A DNA stretch of 64,000 nucleotides from Alphaproteobacteria bacterium (GTDB lineage Bacteria; Pseudomonadota; Alphaproteobacteria; Puniceispirillales; Puniceispirillaceae). The translations under genes and the position numbers were made by a program. The notes beneath the pieces were generated by a model. It saw only the letters and a program-made list of their open reading frames with translations. It was not told the DNA's origin and searched no databases. The first letter of the stretch is position 1. Every line of letters starts with the position of its first letter. This document shows, piece by piece, positions 51,238-59,296 of this stretch. The DNA is taken from contig JADHOL010000006.1 in NCBI GenBank assembly GCA_016779005.1, forward strand, positions 32,929 to 96,928, written 5' to 3'.

Positions 51238-52130
51238 AAATTTGGTTTCCCTTGGTGGTTATATTCGCTGTCAATAGTGCCAGACTGAACAAATGAAACA
51301 GCCATATTATCAATTAGCCGGGTTGCGCCAACATGAAGGGCAACAAGCAATCTTGCGTCTTTTTCAAATGTGCTCAAAGGCTCAAGGGTTGTAGGATCTC
51401 TAAGACTGAAATAATCAATTTTGGTAATGCCAACGCGCGCAAGCTCATTAATTGCATTTTGAATAGCTTTTGAGACCTCAATCTCTGATTGTAGATTCTC
51501 AGCTGTAATTTGCATCACCCTGTAAATATTAGCCGCTATCTTGCGCTCACTATCAGACAGATAGCTATTTCGAGATGACATTGCCAACCCGTCAGTTTCC
51601 CTAAAAGTCTGACCAGCAATGATCTGAACAGGTAAATCCAAATCACGCATGAGTTGTTTTATCACCAGTAATTGCTGATAATCCTTTTCACCAAATATGG
51701 CTATATCAGGCTGTATCTGATTAAATAGTTTGATAATTATTGTAGCTACACCGCCAAAAAAATGGGGTCTAATCTGTCCTTCAAGAGGCTCGGCGACCCC
51801 TGTCGGCGCGATAATTGTGGCATGGCTTTCATGATACATCTGAGTAGGATTAAAAACCAAATCACAGACCCTCAATTCTGATAGTTTTTCCAAATCCTGA
51901 TTTAGAGTGCGAGGATAGCTATCAAAATCTTCTGTCTGTGAAAATTGCTGCGGGTTGACATAAATTGAAGTTACAACCTTATCACAATTCTCGCGTGCAA
52001 GAGATATAAGTGACAAATGACCTTCATGTAGACTGCCCATAGTTGGCACTAGTCCAATTTTATACCCGTTCTGCTGCCAGCCTGAAATCTGAGCCTTCAA
52101 GTCAGCAAGACTATTCACATATTTGGTCAT
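51234..52130 (-). CDS. panC: pantoate-beta-alanine ligase
   Basis: VPTMGSLHEGHLSL motif. Start set at MTKYVNSL (ATGA overlap with the panB stop). Confidence 0.95.
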   Translation of the reverse strand: MTKYVNSLADLKAQISGWQQNGYKIGLVPTMGSLHEGHLSLISLARENCDKVVTSIYVNPQQFSQTEDFDSYPRTLNQDLEKLSELRVCDLVFNPTQMYHESHATIIAPTGVAEPLEGQIRPHFFGGVATIIIKLFNQIQPDIAIFGEKDYQQLLVIKQLMRDLDLPVQIIAGQTFRETDGLAMSSRNSYLSDSERKIAANIYRVMQITAENLQSEIEVSKAIQNAINELARVGITKIDYFSLRDPTTLEPLSTFEKDARLLVALHVGATRLIDNMAVSFVQSGTIDSEYNHQGKPNL

Positions 52131-52939
52131 TTTTTTGAAGGCCAAAAACAATGCGAATTGTCAGGGAACCTCTGTGATATAACATCTTCGGCATAAGCTT
52201 GCGCTGCTTCTTGAATGATACTTTGAACATTTGCATATTGTTTAACAAATTTCGGAGTGAAATCTGCATAAAGTCCGATCAGATCGTCCGTGACCAGAAT
52301 CTGACCATGACATGTTGGAGATGCACCGATCCCAATTAGCGGTATGGTAGCGCTCTGTGACAGCGCGCGGGCAACAGGTTCAATAATGCCTTCCAACACA
52401 ATTCCAAATGCGCCTGCATTGGTAACGGCGTCAGCATCTTTTTGCAATTGCTCTGCCTCGCTGGCATCTTTTCCAGTAATCCGAAATTCAGATGTTTGAC
52501 TAAATTTTTGCGGAAGCAGCCCGATATGGCCTAATACAGGTATTCCGGCAGACGTAATTGCTTTAATCTGAGGCGCAATTGAGACGCCTCCTTCCAATTT
52601 AACACCGCAAGCCCCGGTTTTCTCAATAACTGTTTTGGATGATTGAACTGCAAGCTCGACACTATGCTCATAAGTGCCATGCGGCAAATCGACAATAACC
52701 ATTGCCTGACTTGAATGAGACATAACCGCTTTTCCGTGTCGTATCATCATTTCAAGGTCAGCCCCTTGCGTGCCTTGCATTCCATACAACACCATAGCAA
52801 CTGAATCTCCCACAAGGAGCATATCGCAATAGGGATCAAGAGCCATCGCCACCGGAGCTGTATAAGCTGTCAAACTCACAATTTTGCGCTTACTTGAAAT
52901 AGATTGAAAATCAGCTACTGTCAGCCTGCCCTCAGTCAT
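52127..52939 (-). CDS. panB: 3-methyl-2-oxobutanoate hydroxymethyltransferase
   Basis: LLVGDSVAMVLYG motif and VKLEGG motif. 270 aa. Confidence 0.95.
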   Translation of the reverse strand: MTEGRLTVADFQSISSKRKIVSLTAYTAPVAMALDPYCDMLLVGDSVAMVLYGMQGTQGADLEMMIRHGKAVMSHSSQAMVIVDLPHGTYEHSVELAVQSSKTVIEKTGACGVKLEGGVSIAPQIKAITSAGIPVLGHIGLLPQKFSQTSEFRITGKDASEAEQLQKDADAVTNAGAFGIVLEGIIEPVARALSQSATIPLIGIGASPTCHGQILVTDDLIGLYADFTPKFVKQYANVQSIIQEAAQAYAEDVISQRFPDNSHCFWPSKK

Positions 52940-53042
52940 TGTCTCTCCCCATTATTTGCCGCTGATACGATACATAAAAACTTGGAACAAGGTCTAGCAA
53001 CTTATATCTCACAAAAACATAAAAATTTGATTTTGCTTTCAA

Positions 53043-54665
53043 CTAATTGCGTTTCCAAACTTGCGGCTGAAAACTATCTTTGGTTACTCTAGACCAATAA
53101 TTCTGTATTCTGGGATCTTCGCATATTGATTTTGAAAATACCACACCCTGCTCTGCATCTGGATAAATCTGCGAGGCCAGCAAAATCTCAGACTGACTAA
53201 CCCGGTGCACAAGATGTCTTCTTGTTAATTCATCTGGCGTATACAGTCCAGATGCTCCGACTAATTTTGCCAAGGCCTGGCGGGTTGTTTTCTGAAATTG
53301 AGCGATTGCTTGCGCTTTTGTGTCAACATCAATTGCCCGGCTTCGCTTGGGATCCATTGTTGCAATTCCTGTTGGACAATTGCCATTATGACAGGTTCTT
53401 GCTTGAATGCATCCTGTCGCAAACATAAATGGGCGTGCCATATTCACCCAGTCAGCCCCAAGCGCACAAATTCGTGCGATATCAAATGCAGATACAATTT
53501 TACCAGAAGCCGCAATTTTTATTGAGCTCCTCAAACTGGCCGCTCGCAGCGCATTATCAACATATACAATAGCATCTCGAAGGGGGCTTCCAACATGATC
53601 ACTAAATTCTGTTGGAGCAGCGCCCGTGCCACCTTCTGCTCCATCAACGGTAATAAAATCTGGCTTAATTCCTGTCTCAACGATTGCCTTTACAATCGCC
53701 AAAAATTCCCAAGGATGGCCAATTGCTAACTTAAAGCCTATCGGTTTACCGCCACTCAGTTTTCTTAAGTCATCAATGAACCTAAGCAGCCCTTCTGGAG
53801 TGTAAAAAGCACTATGTTGGACAGGGGAGATACAATCAACCCCTGAGGGCACCCCTCTTATTGCGGCTATTTCATCACTAACCTTTGGTGCCAATAAAAC
53901 ACCGCCATGACCAGGCTTGGCACCTTGGCTTAATTTTACTTCTATCATTTTCACCTGATCAAGAGATGCCTTTTCAGCGAATTTTTCAGCATCAAATTCG
54001 CCATTTTGGTTGCGACAACCAAAATAACCAGTGCCGATTTGCCAGATCAAATCACCATTATGTTTCTGGTGATAGGGCGTAATGCCGCCTTCACCTGTAT
54101 TATGGGAAAACCCACCTATGAATGCGCCCTGGTTAAAACTCTCTATTACTGGGGCTGATACTGCTCCAAAACTGGTTCCAGATATATTGATTACTGATAT
54201 CTGATAGCTATGCGCCCCGCTTCCAACCGAAATCCTAAAGTCACTATTATCAACTTTGGTGGGCATTAATGAATGATTTATCCAGACATGTTCTGTATCA
54301 TAGACCCGCTCTAGCGTTCCAAAAGGAAGCGTGCCATCCCTGCCTTTGCTTCGCTCTGTTACCATTTGGTGTTGCTGACGCGAAAAGGGCACCTCATCAT
54401 CTTCTGCTTCTATGAAATATTGACGAATTTGTGGGCGAATTTCCTGAAGCAAAAAACGCAATCTTCCTATTAACGGGTAATTTCGCAAAACAGGAGATTT
54501 TCTTTGCGTAAAATCAAAAACACCAACTGCAAAAATAGGAATTAAGAGTACACAGGCCCATCCAAAAATAGCCTTCTCTGGAAATAGCCAAAAAAGCAGG
54601 ATTGAGCCAAACAAAGCAGCACCTACAATTAAAAACGGAATAAACCTCATCATAAACCTACCCAC
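53043..54665 (-). CDS. FMN-binding glutamate synthase family protein (GltS domain-2-like, N-terminal TM anchor)
   Basis: Two N-terminal TM helices. GAEGGTGAAP and ASGKI motifs of the GltB FMN domain. 540 aa. Confidence 0.87.
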   Translation of the reverse strand: MGRFMMRFIPFLIVGAALFGSILLFWLFPEKAIFGWACVLLIPIFAVGVFDFTQRKSPVLRNYPLIGRLRFLLQEIRPQIRQYFIEAEDDEVPFSRQQHQMVTERSKGRDGTLPFGTLERVYDTEHVWINHSLMPTKVDNSDFRISVGSGAHSYQISVINISGTSFGAVSAPVIESFNQGAFIGGFSHNTGEGGITPYHQKHNGDLIWQIGTGYFGCRNQNGEFDAEKFAEKASLDQVKMIEVKLSQGAKPGHGGVLLAPKVSDEIAAIRGVPSGVDCISPVQHSAFYTPEGLLRFIDDLRKLSGGKPIGFKLAIGHPWEFLAIVKAIVETGIKPDFITVDGAEGGTGAAPTEFSDHVGSPLRDAIVYVDNALRAASLRSSIKIAASGKIVSAFDIARICALGADWVNMARPFMFATGCIQARTCHNGNCPTGIATMDPKRSRAIDVDTKAQAIAQFQKTTRQALAKLVGASGLYTPDELTRRHLVHRVSQSEILLASQIYPDAEQGVVFSKSICEDPRIQNYWSRVTKDSFQPQVWKRN

Positions 54666-54797
54666 ATCGTTTTATTATCTTCCCTGTTAAGCTATTTTAT
54701 AATTTCAAGCAGTTGTCTGCGTCTGGTAGCGTTAGTCGCATTTTTTTCCGATTTAGTTAGATTTCGCCTCTCAGGTAGTTCGCTAATCTTTGGCAGT

Positions 54798-55445
54798 TCA
54801 GGCTTCTTTGGCTAAAATTGTCTCTCCTGCGATGCATGTTTGATTTACAATTCGTAATGGCGAAAAATGACTTGGAACATATAAGTCCAGTTGACCCCCA
54901 AATGACAGAAAACCAAATACTTGACCTTGTGATAAGGTATCGTTGATTTCAACATCACATTCTGGATGCCAGCGTGGAATGACAGAGCTGAAAACCAATA
55001 TCAACTCTTCTGGTTCATTGTTTTGGGCAAGATCTGTTGTTGTCGCCGTTATCATAATCTTTCTAGAAGATGCATCCTCTAGTTTTTGCTTATCTTTAAT
55101 CTTTATCGATGTTGGCGCATGAAGACTGGCGGGATAAAATAGGCCACATCTTATTCCAATTTTTAAATATTGCCGCGGCGGTATAGACACTATATCAGGC
55201 GAACTTATCTGCTCTACAGCAGAGATTTTTCCGCTAACAGGCGCTGTTATGATACCTTGATTAGTCGGAATTGTCGGCGTTTGGAACCGAAATAAATATA
55301 TCCCCACAGCTATTGAGCCAACCATAACTAAGATGGGGGCTTCCCAAAAAGCGCCGATGAGAAACCCGCCCATACATAATAAGGCTACAACAGGCCATCC
55401 AGAGGGATGAATTTTTAAAGATTGAAGTTGTTTTAAAATACTCAT
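54798..55445 (-). CDS. phosphatidylserine decarboxylase-related protein, divergent (lacks the Gly-Ser processing site)
   Basis: Short alphaproteobacterial Psd architecture: two N-terminal TM helices and the C-terminal match FG-x-x-LD-x-x-P...IAGETI. The position expected to be FGS(R) reads FGGQ, and the PADG-like motif reads PVSG. Confidence 0.7.
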   Translation of the reverse strand: MSILKQLQSLKIHPSGWPVVALLCMGGFLIGAFWEAPILVMVGSIAVGIYLFRFQTPTIPTNQGIITAPVSGKISAVEQISSPDIVSIPPRQYLKIGIRCGLFYPASLHAPTSIKIKDKQKLEDASSRKIMITATTTDLAQNNEPEELILVFSSVIPRWHPECDVEINDTLSQGQVFGFLSFGGQLDLYVPSHFSPLRIVNQTCIAGETILAKEA

Positions 55446-55793
55446 GAAAAATTTGCTTTTTTTATCTTATTTATCACATAGAAAAGAAAATTCAGTATCA
55501 AAAACCGATATTGGAGATTATCATAAAGGCTGTTTACTAGATTATGCCATATATATTTTTTATTCTGGATGAGTCTAGTTACTAATTGACCCTAAAATAC
55601 CTAAAAAATCATAATCTAATTTAGATTTATGTTTATTTTACCATATAGATTTCATGCAAGAGGGTATCTTGTATGGTCTTATGTTGATTTTTGTAATAAA
55701 ATACGTCAGATTATCGAAAGATTATGTTTCTGTGTCTATAATTATAGCTAAAAACACAGGGGTGTCTGCGATGTGTAAATAGGAGCCGGTTTT

Positions 55794-56963
55794 ATGTTCA
55801 ACAAATATGGGCTACTTTTGGTAGCAGCAATTTCAGTATCTTCTCAAATTGTAGTGGCAGGGGGAGATGGTTCTGAGTTTGATTCGCTGGCAGCCGAATT
55901 GGCAGAATCTAGCTCGGTTGCTGACACATCAAACGGTGATGCTGCATCAAACACTGCAGGGGATGCAAAAACAATAAATGACGCTGTGACCACAAGTGAT
56001 GCTTTTAAACAGGAAACAGAAACTGCTGTATCGCAAGCTCAACAATCTAGCAGGGGAGTTGGGTTTGAAGCAATCGAGGATGTACAATTAGTAATTGATA
56101 CCTCAAACATTCAAGATGGTGACGGTATAGGAAGTACCCAGATCCAGTGGCAAATATCGGAAAATGGCGATGATTGGCAGATTATACCAGGCGCTATTAC
56201 CCCAACCTTCACACCAAGGGATGCTCATGTAAATAAGTATCTACGTGTGGAAGTGTCTTATGTAGATGGGCAAGGAAATTCAGAATCTATTATCAGCCCA
56301 AACTCTTCTGCTGTGCAAAATGTAAATGACAAACCAGTTGGTGTGCCAGTTGTTGTTGGCGAAGCGCGCGAGAATAACACGCTTACCGCCGATTTAAGCC
56401 GAATTATTGATGAAGACGGTTTAGGGGATATTAATATTGATTGGGAGCGTTCCACTACAAAAGCCAATTGGGAGCGCCTAACAGACAAAGCGAATTCTGT
56501 TATAAATCTTAACCAAACCGATGTGGGATATAGCTTCCGAGCAGTGATTAATTATATTGATAGTTTTGGAACAGCTGAAACATTATTTACCGAACCTACA
56601 GAGCTGGTTGCAAATGTGGATAATCCACTCACTGGTGAGATTGTTATTCGGGGCCAAGCTTTGGAAAATAACGAACTTGTTGCAAGTTTAAGTAGTCTTG
56701 CAGATTACGATGGTATTGCTAGCACAGCCTTTTTATGGGAAGCCTCTGCTGATGGACAGACGTGGGATGCGATAAATCTGCCTGCTAACTCACCGACCAT
56801 TCTTTTAGGTCAAGCGCTTGTTGGAATGAAAATACGCATTAACGCAAATATTATAGATAATTTTGGCGTTGAAACAAAAGTATTTAGCGCTGTTACCGAG
56901 CCTGTCCGAAATGTAAATGACAAGCCAGTTGGAAGCCTTCTGATCAGAAGTGTAGGGAATTAA
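55794..56963 (+). CDS. secreted protein with three ~97-aa cadherin-like/Ig-like repeats
   Basis: Sec signal peptide (LLLVAAISVSSQIVVA). ~90-aa acidic Ser/Ala/Thr-rich linker. Three repeats each with a D-x-DG-(I/L)G loop, two spaced Trp and a (Y/I)-x-D-x-x-G motif, bounded by NVNDKPVG / NVDNPLTG. AGGAG RBS. Confidence 0.75.
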   Translation: MFNKYGLLLVAAISVSSQIVVAGGDGSEFDSLAAELAESSSVADTSNGDAASNTAGDAKTINDAVTTSDAFKQETETAVSQAQQSSRGVGFEAIEDVQLVIDTSNIQDGDGIGSTQIQWQISENGDDWQIIPGAITPTFTPRDAHVNKYLRVEVSYVDGQGNSESIISPNSSAVQNVNDKPVGVPVVVGEARENNTLTADLSRIIDEDGLGDINIDWERSTTKANWERLTDKANSVINLNQTDVGYSFRAVINYIDSFGTAETLFTEPTELVANVDNPLTGEIVIRGQALENNELVASLSSLADYDGIASTAFLWEASADGQTWDAINLPANSPTILLGQALVGMKIRINANIIDNFGVETKVFSAVTEPVRNVNDKPVGSLLIRSVGN

Positions 56964-57188
56964 CACCTAATTAAATTGGCTGAAAACGTAAGCAATAATA
57001 TCTATATTTGTGAATAATAATAATTCCCTTCACGAAAATGTAAAATTATGTCTATACTATGTTTAGTATGATGAAGCTGGTAAGAGCCACAATTTATAGA
57101 TTTGTGTCAGAATTATTCTGGATTAGGCTTGATATACCCTATCATTTTCTCAAGAAAAACCTATTTTTCTAATATATGGAGGCTTGTC

Positions 57189-57482
57189 GTGCAAAATACG
57201 GATAGAACTATAGTTGAAACAGCTAACATAATCCCTTTTTCTCCGCGCAAATCACCCAAAAAAGACGTCCCCGAAAAAGATGTCAAAGTGACCACGATAG
57301 CGGCGGTTATTGCGGTGACTATTCTTCATAATGATGATGAAAACCCGGAAGAAAAATTAATGGCGTTGATAGAGTCTAGCGGCGAAGCTGAAATATTGGA
57401 TGCCCTTGATGCTACCGACGATTTAGAAGCAGATGGCTATCATCAAATAAGCCTGACACTAACGCCTGCTAATGAAAACTAA
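57189..57482 (+). CDS. hypothetical small acidic protein with one hydrophobic segment
   Basis: GTG start 7 nt after GGAGG. 97 aa: basic N-terminus, VTTIAAVIAVTIL hydrophobic stretch, very acidic C-terminal half. I do not recognise a family. Confidence 0.45.
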   Translation: MQNTDRTIVETANIIPFSPRKSPKKDVPEKDVKVTTIAAVIAVTILHNDDENPEEKLMALIESSGEAEILDALDATDDLEADGYHQISLTLTPANEN

Positions 57483-57537
57483 TCCGCGATTGCTTGTTTT
57501 CAATTAGATAAAAAGCGCGTTTATAGTCATCAGATTT

Positions 57538-58461
57538 TCAAGAGACAACAAACAACCATAAGAATGATAAAGGCAAACTAAACACGGTTTGCAGGACAAT
57601 AATATCTGCCATTAGAGGCGCGTTTCCGCCTAATTGCTTTGCAAGGGGAAACGCGGATACAGCACATGGCATTGCCGCAAATATGGCCAATATTATCATT
57701 ATATCTGCAGGCAAACCTGCCCAGATTCCAGCGGTTACTACCATTGCAGGGAATATAATGAGCTTCATTAGAATGGCAACAAAAAGAGGGGCTATTCGTG
57801 CAGCACTAAAAGAAGGCACAAGCCCAGCGCCTACGCACAGTAATAACAAGCTTAGCGCGCCATCACCTAGCAATTCAAAGGTTAAGGTAGCAAATGTTGG
57901 CAGAGCCATTTCAAAATAGTTAAATAGCAATCCCAGAACAACCGCAATTATAAGTGGATTGCGTGTGATTTCTTTCAAAAGAAACCGACTTATCTTGGTA
58001 TTTGCGTCCTGCCGGTTATAAACTATCATTATAATAACCGCTGCAATATTGGTAATAGGCACCAAAATAGCAATGCAAATGGCCGCAAGCTCTGTTCCAA
58101 TTGTACCCAGCAATCCAGGGGCAATCGCGAAACCAATAAATCCATTATGTCTGAATGAGCCTTGAATTACAGAAGATGCGGAGCTTCGCTCAAACCCAGA
58201 TAGATAACAGGCTAAAATTGACAGTAATATAATTACTAGCAGTGCCGATGTGAGAATCAAGATAATGGGTAGAACAACGCCGCCAGAAAGGCTGGTTTCT
58301 GAAATGATATCAAATAATAATACGGGAAATAAAATCCAGTAACATAATCTGCTAACGCCAGACCAAAACGCCTCATTTTCCAAAAGAGTGCGGGATAAAA
58401 TAAACCCAAGCAAAATCATCAGCAAAACAGATAAAATCGTGGGAAAGGCAACAGATACCAT
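57538..58461 (-). CDS. AEC (auxin efflux carrier) family transporter
   Basis: ~10 TM helices. 307 aa. Family-level resemblance only. Confidence 0.82.
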   Translation of the reverse strand: MVSVAFPTILSVLLMILLGFILSRTLLENEAFWSGVSRLCYWILFPVLLFDIISETSLSGGVVLPIILILTSALLVIILLSILACYLSGFERSSASSVIQGSFRHNGFIGFAIAPGLLGTIGTELAAICIAILVPITNIAAVIIMIVYNRQDANTKISRFLLKEITRNPLIIAVVLGLLFNYFEMALPTFATLTFELLGDGALSLLLLCVGAGLVPSFSAARIAPLFVAILMKLIIFPAMVVTAGIWAGLPADIMIILAIFAAMPCAVSAFPLAKQLGGNAPLMADIIVLQTVFSLPLSFLWLFVVS

Positions 58462-58552
58462 TAATTATACATCCTTAATCATATCTGCTGTGCCAGCCAT
58501 CACAAATTAGGCCACAGGTTAAATGCGGGATTAAAATGGATAGGTTACAACC

Positions 58553-59155
58553 CTATTTCAAAAATCTGTCTACAACAGACCAAGCAGCTGGCATTGCAAA
58601 TGAAGCAATAATGATTTTTAAAAAATCTGCATAAATAAATGGCAGAAATCCATTTATGATCGCAGCTTCAAAACCAATAAAGACAGCTAGCCAGCTAACC
58701 CCAATTGTAAAAATAACGCCAACGCCTAATATCATCGCAACCGCAGTTGTTTGCCACGTTTTTCCCCAACCCTTGCTCGCCAATAGTCCTAACAAGATAG
58801 CCGAGAGAAAAAACCCAACAAGATAGCCCCCTGTCGGACCCATCATATAAGCCAGCCCCCCACCAGTGGCAAACACAGGAAGTCCAATAGCCCCCTGAAA
58901 TAAATATAGAAAAACAGTTGATGCTGCTAGTGGCGCGCCATAACTCATCCCTATCATTAATACAACTAATGTCTGCATTGTCATCGGCACAGGATAAAAT
59001 GGGATTTGTACCTTTGCTGAAATTGTTAGAAAAACAGACCCTATTAATGCCAAAAATAGGTGCGTTAATAATCGATTTATGTTGTTGGCCCCTGTACCAG
59101 TATAGGGTGATAAAACTGCTGGAATCAATGGGGTAACTGTGCCCAAAATCTGCAT
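58553..59155 (-). CDS. bioY: biotin transporter BioY
   Basis: Six-TM protein with PVPMTMQTLVVL and GGYLVGF motifs characteristic of BioY. No bioMN genes adjacent. Confidence 0.9.
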   Translation of the reverse strand: MQILGTVTPLIPAVLSPYTGTGANNINRLLTHLFLALIGSVFLTISAKVQIPFYPVPMTMQTLVVLMIGMSYGAPLAASTVFLYLFQGAIGLPVFATGGGLAYMMGPTGGYLVGFFLSAILLGLLASKGWGKTWQTTAVAMILGVGVIFTIGVSWLAVFIGFEAAIINGFLPFIYADFLKIIIASFAMPAAWSVVDRFLK

Positions 59156-59296
59156 ATTCTATTCCTTTTTAATTACAAAAATGATATGTGTTCATACCAC
59201 CAATGTTAAAACGCGTAACAATTAAGATCAATTTTATTTGATCGTAATTGATAATCGCCTTTCTCTGACACGTTATAGAAAGAGAGCCAATACAGC

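Noticed and set aside
50843-51313. 156-aa ORF overlapping the MFS start and panC end in another frame
   Set aside because: It is out of frame with two genes joined by an ATGA coupling. Its composition is Cys/Ser/Arg-rich and unlike real proteins. There is no independent support.
54719-54747. Hairpin plus T7 on the + strand between two minus-strand genes (possible orphan terminator or antisense RNA)
   Set aside because: The stem is only 6 bp with an internal T-T mismatch (GCGTCT / AGTCGC) and a 9-nt loop. The upstream TATAAT (54698-54703) has a poor -35 and would give a transcript of only about 40 nt. The evidence is too weak.
56440-56493. Apparent 27-bp in-frame duplication (WERSTTKAN / WERLTDKAN) in repeat 2 of the secreted protein
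   Set aside because: Repeat 2 has the same length as repeats 1 and 3, and the two tryptophans align with the conserved W...W of the domain. It is therefore not an insertion. It is probably chance or local similarity within the domain.
59156-59296. Purine riboswitch upstream of the NCS2 purine permease, or a BioR-type operator for the divergent bioY
   Set aside because: I could not find the conserved purine-riboswitch junction sequences or a three-way fold. There is only a short palindrome (GATCAA-ttttat-TTGATC) and loose TTAT...ATAA-like strings, which is insufficient in AT-rich DNA.
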